Below, one piece after another: positions 9,860 through 19,169 of a stretch of 64,000 nucleotides of DNA. The stretch is from Nitrososphaerota archaeon (GTDB lineage: Archaea; Thermoproteota; Nitrososphaeria_A; Caldarchaeales; Caldarchaeaceae), in contig JBEPYN010000001.1 of the NCBI GenBank assembly GCA_041641305.1, positions 384,001-448,000 of the forward strand, given 5' to 3'. The first letter of the stretch is position 1. Each line of letters opens with the position of its first letter. Both the position numbers and the translations under genes were made by a program. Under the pieces are notes generated by a model. That model saw only the letters and a list, made by a program, of their open reading frames with translations, was not told where the DNA came from and did no database searches.

Positions 9860-11203
9860 ATGTTTATCGTCAGAGGACGGTTTGTAGTTACTGTAGATGA
9901 TTTTAACCGTGTTTTAAGGGACGGGGCAGTGGTTGTGGAAGACAATAGGATAGTCGATGTCGGGTATTTTGGAGACCTTAAGAAGAAACACCGCTGCGAC
10001 ACTGTTATCGGAGATGAGTGGAAAATAGTTTTGCCGGGTCTCGTGAACTGCCATTACCACTCTCGTGAGCAGCTTTCTCAAACCATGTTTCCAGACGGGC
10101 ACGGCGAAACAACATGGTTCAACAACTATTGTCTACCCTATCACGCCGCCTTGACCCCCGAGGAGGAGAAGACTGCTTTCAAGCTTGCTCTCTACGCGAT
10201 GGCTTTGAACGGTGTGACAACATTCGCCGACGGAGGATTGCTCTACCCCTCGTCATCCCTCGAAACGTTGAACGAGGTCCCTCTCCGCTGTCTCACATCA
10301 ACATGGTGCTGGGACAGGGCTGACATCATTCCCAAGACAACCGACGAGGCTTTCAAGGAGCTAACACATTTGCATCATGAGCTCAACGGAGGATATGGAG
10401 GCCGCCTCTCCATATGCGCCACACCTATCAGCGTAACCACATGCAGCGAAAACCTGCTTCGACAGGTGGTGGAGTGGGCTCGGGAAAATGGTGTGAAAAC
10501 ATTCATACATGTTTCGTCGTTCAGGGAAGAGGTTGAGAAAACTTTGTCAAGCTGGGGCGTTACCCCTGTGCAGTATCTATCTGAACATGGTCTTCTCAAC
10601 CGGGATGTTAACATTCTTCACGGCATTCATCTGAGCATGGATGATGTTGAGCGGCTTGTTGCCTCGGGGGCTGGTGTTGTTTCCTGCCCCTATTCTTCGC
10701 TCAAGAAGGGGAAGGGCCTCAGTGTTAGTGGCGTGTTTCCCGAGCTGCTTGAGAGAGGCGTGCGTGTTGGGCTGGGTGGTGACGGGGCGCCCTCCGCTCA
10801 ACACGTAGACATGTTGAGGACCTTGTCTCTTTTCACAGGGCTTTGCAGAGACATGAGAATGAATGCCTCGCTGCCACTTGCAAAAGACGCTGTCAGAGCT
10901 GTTACGTCGACAGCCGCAGACCTTCTCGGACTCGGAAACCAAATTGGCTCGCTGGAAAAAGGAAAGAAAGCAGACATCATTCTCCTCGACATGCGTGGCC
11001 CCGACTTCACCCCCCTACGCGACGTGTTCCAGGCCCTGGTCTTCTCCGCTACCGGTGCCGCCGTTGACACGGTTATTGTGGACGGGAGAGTTGTCGTCGA
11101 AGGGAGAAAAGTCAAGGGAGTGGATGCCGAGAAGCTGGTTAAAGAGTCTGAGATAGCTGCTGAAAATGTTGCGGAGAGGCTTGGTCTTCAGAGGCCTATG
11201 TAG
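9860..11203 (+). CDS. Amidohydrolase (MTA/SAH deaminase-like)
   Basis: LPGLVNCHYH metal motif, IGSLEKGKKADII, VDTVIVDGRVV; start set at ATG 9860 because the longer ORF overlaps the rRNA. Confidence 0.88.
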   Translation: MFIVRGRFVVTVDDFNRVLRDGAVVVEDNRIVDVGYFGDLKKKHRCDTVIGDEWKIVLPGLVNCHYHSREQLSQTMFPDGHGETTWFNNYCLPYHAALTPEEEKTAFKLALYAMALNGVTTFADGGLLYPSSSLETLNEVPLRCLTSTWCWDRADIIPKTTDEAFKELTHLHHELNGGYGGRLSICATPISVTTCSENLLRQVVEWARENGVKTFIHVSSFREEVEKTLSSWGVTPVQYLSEHGLLNRDVNILHGIHLSMDDVERLVASGAGVVSCPYSSLKKGKGLSVSGVFPELLERGVRVGLGGDGAPSAQHVDMLRTLSLFTGLCRDMRMNASLPLAKDAVRAVTSTAADLLGLGNQIGSLEKGKKADIILLDMRGPDFTPLRDVFQALVFSATGAAVDTVIVDGRVVVEGRKVKGVDAEKLVKESEIAAENVAERLGLQRPM

Positions 11204-11904
11204 CTCTCTCTTATCTTCGGCGAGTTGAGTAGCCCGGTGCCGGATCCTTCAAGGGCTATTCTTCCTCCCTCCATGACGTAGGCTCTGTCGGCTGTTTGTA
11301 GAGCGAGAGCGGCGTCCTGCTCCACCACTAGGATGGCGATACCCTGCCTCTCCCTGATCTCTCTAACCTTCTCAAAAACGGCTATACGTGCTATGGGAGC
11401 CAGCCCCACACTAGGCTCGTCGAGAAGAAGAATCCGGGGCCTCGCCATCAAGGCCCGGGCAAGCGCAACCATCTGCTGCTCACCACCGCTGAGAGTGCCC
11501 GCAAGCTGTTTCCGCCTCTTCTCGACGATGGGGAAAAGCTCAGACACCATTTCATAATCCTTCATGATTTCTTCTCTATCTTTTCGTCTGTAGGCGCCCG
11601 CCATCACATTCTCATACACAGTCATGTCGGGGAAAAGCCGTCTTCTCTCCAGTGATAAAACAAGGCCTTTGACGACGCGGTCATAAGGCGGAAGCCGTGT
11701 TACGTCCTCGCCGTTGAGCAGTGTCTTGCCTGATTTGACGGTTGCAAGCCCGGCCAGCGCAAGCATGAGCGTCGTCTTTCCGGCGCCGTTAGGCCCAATA
11801 ACGGCCACTATCTCCTTCTCATGAACCTCGATGTTGATGTTCTCGATGATTGTCACAGGGCCGTAGCCCGCGGTCAGATCCACAGCCTCAAGCATTTTCC
11901 CCAA
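11188..11904 (-). CDS. livF: Branched-chain amino acid-type ABC transporter ATPase
   Basis: GPNGAGKT, LSGGEQQM, LLLDEPSVGLAP. Confidence 0.9.
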   Translation of the reverse strand: MGKMLEAVDLTAGYGPVTIIENINIEVHEKEIVAVIGPNGAGKTTLMLALAGLATVKSGKTLLNGEDVTRLPPYDRVVKGLVLSLERRRLFPDMTVYENVMAGAYRRKDREEIMKDYEMVSELFPIVEKRRKQLAGTLSGGEQQMVALARALMARPRILLLDEPSVGLAPIARIAVFEKVREIRERQGIAILVVEQDAALALQTADRAYVMEGGRIALEGSGTGLLNSPKIRESYIGL

Positions 11905-12621
11905 TCAAATCACCGTGCCGGTTCCCAGATACGCTTTTATGACTGCCTCGCTCTTAGCAACATCGGCAGGCGCACCCTCGAAAATCAGCTTACCCTGGTC
12001 CATCACCAGAGCCCGTTGAATAAGCTTCATCAACTCACGCAGCCTATGCTCAATAATCACAAGCGTACCTCCCTCTTCATAATACTCTCTTAGCACAGAG
12101 GTGACTTCCCCTATTTCTGCGACAGTCAAGCCGCCGAAGGGTTCGTCAAGCATGAGGATGCGGGGCTTAGCTATAAGGCCTCTCGCTACTTCGAGCTTCT
12201 TCATTTCTCCATGTGTGAGATAAGCTGCGGGGATGTTTCTTTTTTGAATCAGACCGAGTTTTTTGAGAAGCTGAATGGCCTCCTCCTGGTTGAAGTGGAT
12301 TTTTCTAACGGTGAGAGGCGCGTGGAGGTTTTGTTCAACTGTGAGAGATTTGAAGGGCCTGACTATCTGGAAGGTTCTGACGAGCCCTTTGAGGGCGCGG
12401 TGATATGGTTTTGTGTTGGTGATGTCTTCGCCGTTTAGGTAGATTTTTCCCGAGTCAGGTTTCTCCGTCCCCGAGATGAGTGAGAAAAGCGTTGTTTTGC
12501 CGGCGCCGTTGGGCCCAATGATTCCAAGTATCTCGTTTTTTTGGAGAGTGAAGGAGACGTTGTCGACGGCGACTATTCCGCCGAAGCGTTTAATCAGTTG
12601 CTCAGCCCGCAGTATCTCCAT
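11905..12621 (-). CDS. livG: Branched-chain amino acid-type ABC transporter ATPase
   Basis: FGGIVAVDNV, GPNGAGKT, RTFQ, VIKAYLG. Confidence 0.9.
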   Translation of the reverse strand: MEILRAEQLIKRFGGIVAVDNVSFTLQKNEILGIIGPNGAGKTTLFSLISGTEKPDSGKIYLNGEDITNTKPYHRALKGLVRTFQIVRPFKSLTVEQNLHAPLTVRKIHFNQEEAIQLLKKLGLIQKRNIPAAYLTHGEMKKLEVARGLIAKPRILMLDEPFGGLTVAEIGEVTSVLREYYEEGGTLVIIEHRLRELMKLIQRALVMDQGKLIFEGAPADVAKSEAVIKAYLGTGTVI

Positions 12622-13540
12622 AAACCTTCCTCCTCAGAAAACCGACTATTCCGCTGGGGAAAATCATGAAGATAAGTAAGGCTAGAGCCGAGTATATCAG
12701 GAGACGTGCTCTAACCAATACTTCTATCTTCAGCGTCTCTATCAGTATCTCGATTATGTAGGCCCCGACGACTGGGCCGAGTATGGTTGCTCTTCCCCCG
12801 AGCAGCGTCATTAACAGGGGTAGGCTGGCTTTCTCGAGCTCATAGGTGGCTGGGCTAATGACTCCGTTGAGATAGGCGTAGAAAGCGCCGGCGACACCTG
12901 CTATGAAGATGCTGATGGCTAGGCCGAGAAGCTTGTAGCGTGGAACATCTATTCCCGCGGCTTTCGCAGCTATTTCATCATCCTTTATGCATGTGAAGAT
13001 TATTCCGAGACGGCTTCTCATGACGAGGTAGCTGACCATCACGCTTCCAGCCATGGCGGCCAAGCTCGCGAGGTAGAATGCTTCAGCGCTCTGGAAGAGA
13101 GACGGTATTCCGAAGATGCCGTCATGTCCACCTAGCTGGGGGATGGCGTTGGTCACCTGATAAGCTATAATGGGAATTATTAGTGTGACGAGCGCGAAGA
13201 AGTGGCCTCGTAGCTTGAGGCTCGGCAAACCAATCAAGCTTCCTAGACCCGTGATGACCAAGGCCCCGAGAAAAACAGCGGCCACAGGAGGCACACCGTA
13301 GGAGATGCTCAAAATGGCTGCGGCGTATCCTCCTCCAGCGAAGAAAAACGAGTGGCCGAGGCTGAGCAGCCCCATGTAGCCTGAGAGGAGGTTCCAGCTG
13401 ACCGCGAGCATGGCGAATATGTTGGTTAGCGTGAGGATGAATATGATGAATCGCAAGTTCAGCGCTATTGGCAATACCGCCATCGCCGCTAAGACCGCGA
13501 GCAAGGTTACCACAAAAATTTTGTCGAGCCTTTTCATCAT
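12602..13540 (-). CDS. livM: Branched-chain amino acid-type ABC transporter permease
   Basis: SWNLLSGYMGLLSLGH, LRGHFFALVTL; start reset to ATG 13540, overlapping the livH stop. Confidence 0.88.
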   Translation of the reverse strand: MMKRLDKIFVVTLLAVLAAMAVLPIALNLRFIIFILTLTNIFAMLAVSWNLLSGYMGLLSLGHSFFFAGGGYAAAILSISYGVPPVAAVFLGALVITGLGSLIGLPSLKLRGHFFALVTLIIPIIAYQVTNAIPQLGGHDGIFGIPSLFQSAEAFYLASLAAMAGSVMVSYLVMRSRLGIIFTCIKDDEIAAKAAGIDVPRYKLLGLAISIFIAGVAGAFYAYLNGVISPATYELEKASLPLLMTLLGGRATILGPVVGAYIIEILIETLKIEVLVRARLLIYSALALLIFMIFPSGIVGFLRRKVYGDTAG

Positions 13541-14403
13541 TCTACACTTCTGCCAAATATTCCTTTTGGCCTCAGCCACAGAGTCAACAGCACGGTGATG
13601 AGCGACGCCGCTCCCGAGTAAAGCGGGCTTACGAGGTTCTGGACAGCTATCTCCACATAACCTATGACGAAGGCTGCGAGAAGAGTTCCACGGTAGTCGC
13701 CAAGGCCTCCGAGCACGACGATGGCGAAGGCTAGGGTGAGCATGGGCCATCCGAGAACTGGTGTGATGGTGCTCTGTGGTGTGACCAACAGGCTTGCGAG
13801 TCCTGCTAAAGCCGTTGAGAGGCCGAGGACAAGGGCCATGGTTCTTTCGGGTCTTATTCCCACGCAGACAGCAGCGTCAAGATCCTGAGCAACGCTCCGT
13901 ATCGCCAGCCCAACCTTGGTTCTGTAGATAAGTAGCCAGAGGAGAATGAGCAGCGTCGATGCGGCAATAGCCGCGGCCAGCTGCTGGTTGAATACAGAGA
14001 CTCCGAAAACCAACGTCGACCCGGGCAGAACCACGGGCGTCGACCACGGAAAGTTGGTGAAGAGAAGAACTATCAGGTTTTGGATGACCAAGGCGATGAG
14101 GAAAGTGGTCATAATCATTTCTATGTGGTCCTTTATTCTGCGCAGCACAGCCCAATAATAGACGAACCCCGCTGCGAAAAGAGCCGCGATCGTTGCGAAA
14201 AAAGTCACCAAAGAAGGAATATTGTATACCGTTACGAGGGCGAAGGACATGTACGCGGCTGCCGTGTACCACATGCCGTAGGCGGCGTCAATCATCCGGG
14301 CCACACCAAAAATAAGGGAGAAGCCCTCCGCGAAGAGGGCGTAGACGAGGCTGGTTATGAATCCGTAGACCAGTACTGTCGCCGCGGCCTCTGAGGTTAT
14401 CAT
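13537..14403 (-). CDS. livH: Branched-chain amino acid-type ABC transporter permease
   Basis: GFSLIFGV, GLAIRSVAQD, FAIVVLGGLG, RPKGIFG. Confidence 0.9.
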   Translation of the reverse strand: MITSEAAATVLVYGFITSLVYALFAEGFSLIFGVARMIDAAYGMWYTAAAYMSFALVTVYNIPSLVTFFATIAALFAAGFVYYWAVLRRIKDHIEMIMTTFLIALVIQNLIVLLFTNFPWSTPVVLPGSTLVFGVSVFNQQLAAAIAASTLLILLWLLIYRTKVGLAIRSVAQDLDAAVCVGIRPERTMALVLGLSTALAGLASLLVTPQSTITPVLGWPMLTLAFAIVVLGGLGDYRGTLLAAFVIGYVEIAVQNLVSPLYSGAASLITVLLTLWLRPKGIFGRSVE

Positions 14404-14404
14404 G

Positions 14405-15733
14405 TTACGGCAGCACTAGGTTGCGGACTGTCTGTGGTTGGTCTGGGCTCCACACAGGCACGAGCTCGCCGTTCTGCCACTGTCCAAAATACCAGTAGAG
14501 GTTCGGTAACGCGAGGTTGAGGCCGTGTAGTTTCCTGTTAAACTGTATCCGCCCGATCACTCCCTCGTAGTCTGTCTGCTCCAAGGCGGCTACCAGTCTA
14601 TCGGCTTTCCATGTGTTTGCTCTCTCGAGGGCCTCTTTAAGGACATATATGGCGTCGTAGGTGTCGAAGGCGGCTGTGTTCGGTGTCTCCTTAAACCGTC
14701 CCGTAAACTTCTCTATGAAGGGTATGGTCTTCGGCGTGACGGGGACTTTGACCGTGGCTGGCCACCAGATAGTTCCCTGTGCAGCACCCTCAGTCTGCGT
14801 CCAGAACCATGAGAAGCCGCCCAGCAGCCCGGGTCCGAAGATTATCGGTTTCTTACAGGGGGACCAGTCATAAGCAGCCCACTGCTTGGTGAAAGCCACT
14901 CCGGGCGGGCCTGAGAACAGGAGGATAATCAAGCCGGCGCACTTCTCTTTGATTCTTGCAAGGTAGCTGGAGAAGTCTGATTGAGTGGTTGGGTAGAGCT
15001 CTGCGAAGACTAGGTCGAAGCCTTGGGCCTGCAGTCTCTTGAAGAACGTGGAGTTGCCCGCAGGCCTGCCGGCCAAGCCAACAGTCCAGAGAGCGTTCTC
15101 GGCAACAAGAGCAATCCTAGTCACGTTGGGATAATTGGGGTTGTTTTGTGCAGCGTTTCGAAGCGCGCTGGGGATGGCTGCTATGTAGGGCCCTGCGCTG
15201 GAGTTGCGTCCTCCAGCGAAGAAGTGGAAATAGTACTTGTAATTCTCATAGTCGTTTTGGACAAGGTCCTCGACGATGCGCTGGTTGGACTCGATGTCTA
15301 GGTAGACAATCTTGTACTGGGATAGTAGCTGAGTTTGTGCGACGACGATGTCTGTTCTCACACCTCCCACGATGACGTGGGCTCCGTGAACCTCGACCAG
15401 CCTCTTAAACGCTGTAACGCCTTGGTCTACTGGGATGAGCGGGTCCATCTCGTTAGTGTCCTCGGCTACCAAAACGAGCTCATATCTTGTTCCGTTGAGT
15501 ACTACTCCGCCTGCGGCGTTTATCTCCTCGACAGCCATCTCGGCGGCGTATTTGGCGTGGATGCCTACAGGGTTGGTGAGAGGAAGCGAGAGCCCTATGA
15601 TGATCTGTCTCTTCTGCTGCTCAGGTGTAAAGACACCGGTTAGAAAAATTCCCGCGACAGCGGCGACCGCTATCACGACAACGACCAGTGCTACAACAGC
15701 CGTTCTACTTACAGCCTTTATACTCTTGTTCAC
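14405..15733 (-). CDS. ABC transporter substrate-binding protein (LivK/LivJ family), N-terminally membrane-anchored
   Basis: MAVEEINAAGGV, YDAIYVLKEALERA; N-terminal hydrophobic helix; heads the liv operon. Confidence 0.88.
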   Translation of the reverse strand: MNKSIKAVSRTAVVALVVVVIAVAAVAGIFLTGVFTPEQQKRQIIIGLSLPLTNPVGIHAKYAAEMAVEEINAAGGVVLNGTRYELVLVAEDTNEMDPLIPVDQGVTAFKRLVEVHGAHVIVGGVRTDIVVAQTQLLSQYKIVYLDIESNQRIVEDLVQNDYENYKYYFHFFAGGRNSSAGPYIAAIPSALRNAAQNNPNYPNVTRIALVAENALWTVGLAGRPAGNSTFFKRLQAQGFDLVFAELYPTTQSDFSSYLARIKEKCAGLIILLFSGPPGVAFTKQWAAYDWSPCKKPIIFGPGLLGGFSWFWTQTEGAAQGTIWWPATVKVPVTPKTIPFIEKFTGRFKETPNTAAFDTYDAIYVLKEALERANTWKADRLVAALEQTDYEGVIGRIQFNRKLHGLNLALPNLYWYFGQWQNGELVPVWSPDQPQTVRNLVLP

Positions 15734-15804
15734 GCAGTTAATCGCTTATGTGAATTATTTATAGGTTATCCAGAAAGGGGTGTGTTTAAAACGACCGCGG
15801 GCTG

Positions 15805-16488
15805 ATGTTTTTTATGATTGTGGTTGACAGCAACGAGGCTTCTGAAAACAGTAGGTTGGTGGAGTCGCTGGCGAAAGTTGTCGAGACTGCTGTGAAGCCT
15901 CTGCAGGCAGGCGATTACTTGATTGTCGGTAGGGAGAAGCATGCTTTGGTGGAGAGGAAAACTGTGATGGATTTTCTAAACAGCCTGAAGGGGAGGCTGT
16001 GGGAACAACTCTCAACCATGAAAATGTTTGAGGGAGAGAAGGTTCTCATCCTTGAGGGATACCTCGGGCTGTATAGAAAACGGGGATGGAAAGAGGTCTC
16101 CATCCTCGCTTTGATGGACAAAATTGTGCATGACTGGGGGATACCCATCATCCCCACACCAGACATCCGTGGAACACTCACATACCTCGTGTGGAAAAAC
16201 AAGTCCCTCGGCGAGGTTGAGGAGTTCCGCGAATATCCGCTGCGAGTTAAGAGAAAAGGGCTGACGGCGGAGGAGCAGGCTTTATTCGTTCTCGAAGGCC
16301 TCTGCGGACACGAGACAGCCAAAGCGCTTCTCAGCCATTACAGGACACTCAGAAACGTCTTCACTGCGCTGACACCTGAAAATATGCATGAGCTGGGAAA
16401 AATCAAGGTCGGTGGTAGGAGAATACCGGAGAAAACTGTGAAAAAAATGGTTGAGGTGGCTAACACTGTGTATGGTGGGGAGGGTTAG
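15805..16488 (+). CDS. xpf: ERCC4/XPF structure-specific nuclease (short crenarchaeal type)
   Basis: [21 protein letters not shown] nuclease motif, C-terminal HhH-like region. Confidence 0.85.
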   Translation: MFFMIVVDSNEASENSRLVESLAKVVETAVKPLQAGDYLIVGREKHALVERKTVMDFLNSLKGRLWEQLSTMKMFEGEKVLILEGYLGLYRKRGWKEVSILALMDKIVHDWGIPIIPTPDIRGTLTYLVWKNKSLGEVEEFREYPLRVKRKGLTAEEQALFVLEGLCGHETAKALLSHYRTLRNVFTALTPENMHELGKIKVGGRRIPEKTVKKMVEVANTVYGGEG

Positions 16489-17885
16489 GCGCCGAGGAAC
16501 TGTTTCTCAACCTCGGGCAGCCAATCCAGCTCCTTCCTTAGACGCTCTATGGATTTCTTGATCTCCTCCTCAGGATACTGCCATGGCGGCAGCTTGCCCT
16601 CGAAGAACTCTTCGTATGCGTGGAGGTCGAAGGCACCGTGTCCACAGAGGTTGAACAGTATCACCTTCTCCTCACCCGTTTGCTTGCATCGCAGGGCCTC
16701 GTCGATGACGAAGCGAATTGTGTGCGATGGCTCGGGCCCTGGCAGGAACCCTTCAGCCCTCGCGAAAGTCACCGCCGCCTCAAACACAGACACTTGGTCG
16801 TATGCGTATGGTTTTATCCAGCCTTCGTGGAGGAGAAGACATAGTGTCGGTGCGTCGCCGTGGTAGCGTAGCCCGCCTGCGTGGATTGGTGGAGGTACGA
16901 AGTCTGAGCCGAGGGTGTACATGGGTAGGAGCGGCGTCATCTTAGCTGTGTCCCCGAAGTCGTAGGTGTATATACCCTTGGTCATGGTTGGGCAGGCTGT
17001 CGGCTCTGTGGCGACGAACTGAACCTTCTTAGGAGCCTTCTTCGAAATCACTTCATAGTAGAACGGCCACGTCAAACCAGAGAAGCTGCTTCCACCGCCG
17101 ACGCATCCCGCAACTATGTCTGGATAATCGTCAACCTGTTTCAGCTGCTCAAGAGCCTCGAGGCCCTGGACCGTTTGATGCATAAGCACGTGGTTGAGGA
17201 CGCTGCCGAGACTGTATTTGGTGTTCTCATGGGTTACACAATCTTCGAGGGCTTCGCTTATGGCTATGCCGAGGCTGCCGGGATGGTTCGGGTCCTTTGC
17301 AAGCATGCTTCTACCAAAGTTTGTTCTGTCGCTTGGGCTTGGATAAACCTCCGCACCCCATGAATGCATCAACATCTTGCGCGCGGGTTTCTGCAGGTAG
17401 CTCGCCCTCACCATGTAGACGGTGCACTTAAGCCCAAACATCCTCGTGGCGAAGGACAAAGCGCTTCCCCACTGTCCCGCACCAGTCTCCGTCGTCAACC
17501 TCTCCACACCCTCTTTCATGTTGTAATAGGCCTGCGCCACCGCTGTGTTTGGCTTGTGCGAACCAGGAGGCGAGACACCCTCGTGCTTATAGTAGATGCG
17601 TGCAGGTGTCTTGAGCATCTTCTCGAGATTGACTGCTCTATAGAGCGGAGTCGGTCTCCAAATTCGGAGAATTTCCCGCACCTCTTCGGGAATGGGTATC
17701 CACCGCTCCGGGCTCAGCTCTTGCCGAATCAGCTCTTTGGGAAAGATTCTCTCGAGCTTGGCGGGGTCGATGGGCCCTTTTGTCGACGGGTCTATCGGCG
17801 GTGGCAGAGGCTTCGGCAAATCAGGCAAAATGTTGTACCAATATTTCGGCAGGCTGTTTTCATCTAGGACGATTTTACGGTTCAT
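16485..17885 (-). CDS. trpB2: Tryptophan synthase beta chain, type 2
   Basis: [33 protein letters not shown]. Confidence 0.95.
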   Translation of the reverse strand: MNRKIVLDENSLPKYWYNILPDLPKPLPPPIDPSTKGPIDPAKLERIFPKELIRQELSPERWIPIPEEVREILRIWRPTPLYRAVNLEKMLKTPARIYYKHEGVSPPGSHKPNTAVAQAYYNMKEGVERLTTETGAGQWGSALSFATRMFGLKCTVYMVRASYLQKPARKMLMHSWGAEVYPSPSDRTNFGRSMLAKDPNHPGSLGIAISEALEDCVTHENTKYSLGSVLNHVLMHQTVQGLEALEQLKQVDDYPDIVAGCVGGGSSFSGLTWPFYYEVISKKAPKKVQFVATEPTACPTMTKGIYTYDFGDTAKMTPLLPMYTLGSDFVPPPIHAGGLRYHGDAPTLCLLLHEGWIKPYAYDQVSVFEAAVTFARAEGFLPGPEPSHTIRFVIDEALRCKQTGEEKVILFNLCGHGAFDLHAYEEFFEGKLPPWQYPEEEIKKSIERLRKELDWLPEVEKQFLGA

Positions 17886-17971
17886 TCACATTTCAAATAT
17901 TTGTGAAATATATAAGCTTTAGAGAATTGACATGAAATATCCTAAAGAATAGCAGCATTATCTTTTGTGAT

Positions 17972-19141
17972 GTGAACTTCGAGGAAGACGAGGAAATATT
18001 GTTCATAAGAAGATCGGTTTCCGAGTTTATGAAACGGTTTCCGCTCGAGTATTGGCGTAAGGCTGATGTAGAGAGGCGTTTTCCAGAAGAATATTGGAAA
18101 ACGGCGGCTGAGCAGGGGTTTCTCGGCATCTGCATCAGTGAGCAGTATGGTGGGCTTGGTCTCGGGCTGCAGGCGGTCTCGGAGGCGATTATCGGTGTGG
18201 CGGCTGAAGGCGGAGGATTACCGGCGGGAGACTTGTTGATGCGGACAAATGTTTTCGCCGGCATGACTATCGAGAGGCTTGGCAGGGAGGAGGTTAAACA
18301 AAATTATTTGCCTAGACTTGTCAAGGGCGAGCTCATATGCTCCTTCGGACACACGGAGCCAAACGCCGGCGTAAACACCTTCGACATACAAACATCGGCC
18401 GTTAGAGAAGGAGACGGCTACAGACTTAACGGTCAGAAAATCTGGATAACCCTCGCACACCTCGCCGACATCATAATTACAGTTGCACGCACCACACCCA
18501 AAGATAAAGCAAGAAAAAAGTCTGAAGGCCTAACCCTCTTCCTCGTAGACGCAAAACAGCCCGGCGTCAAGACATCAAAGATACCTGGAATGGCTTTGAG
18601 GCCGCTTACGAGCAACGTGGTCTACTTTGAGGATGCTTGGGTTCCGGCGACTCATGTCCTCGGCGAGGTGGACAAGGGGTGGGAGGCGCTTACATCTCTC
18701 CTAAACGCCGAACGGGTTTGCACAGCCTCCATATCAATAGGTGTAGCCGAGCACCTGCTCAACAGGTCCGTGGACTACGCCTCCAACAGACGTGTTTTCG
18801 GAAGACCCATCGGAAGCAACCAAGCCATACAGTTTCCCTTGGCCGAGGTGAAGGCTGAGCTCGAGGTTGCACGGCTGATGACGCGAAAAGCCGCTTGGCT
18901 CTTTGACAACGGCAAAGAATGCGCTTTTGAAGCAAATGTTGCTGCCTTCACAGCCGCGAGGGTCGCGTTCAAGGCCGCTGACAGAGCTGTACAAACATTC
19001 GGAGGAAACGGTTTCGCCGAAGACAACGATATCGAGAGGTTCTTCCGCGACGCCAGGCTGTTCAAAACAGCGCCAGTTCCTGAGGAGATGGTTCTCAACT
19101 ACATCGGCACACGGGTCCTCAACATGCCGAGGAGTTTCTAA
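17972..19141 (+). CDS. Acyl-CoA dehydrogenase
   Basis: TEPNAG, LNGQKIWIT, RRVFGRPIGSNQAIQF, QTFGGNG. Confidence 0.93.
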   Translation: MNFEEDEEILFIRRSVSEFMKRFPLEYWRKADVERRFPEEYWKTAAEQGFLGICISEQYGGLGLGLQAVSEAIIGVAAEGGGLPAGDLLMRTNVFAGMTIERLGREEVKQNYLPRLVKGELICSFGHTEPNAGVNTFDIQTSAVREGDGYRLNGQKIWITLAHLADIIITVARTTPKDKARKKSEGLTLFLVDAKQPGVKTSKIPGMALRPLTSNVVYFEDAWVPATHVLGEVDKGWEALTSLLNAERVCTASISIGVAEHLLNRSVDYASNRRVFGRPIGSNQAIQFPLAEVKAELEVARLMTRKAAWLFDNGKECAFEANVAAFTAARVAFKAADRAVQTFGGNGFAEDNDIERFFRDARLFKTAPVPEEMVLNYIGTRVLNMPRSF

Positions 19142-19169
19142 CTTTAATAATTGACACACTTCTATCTAT

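Noticed and set aside
13541-13750. N-terminal extension of livM
   Set aside because: It overlaps livH in another frame.
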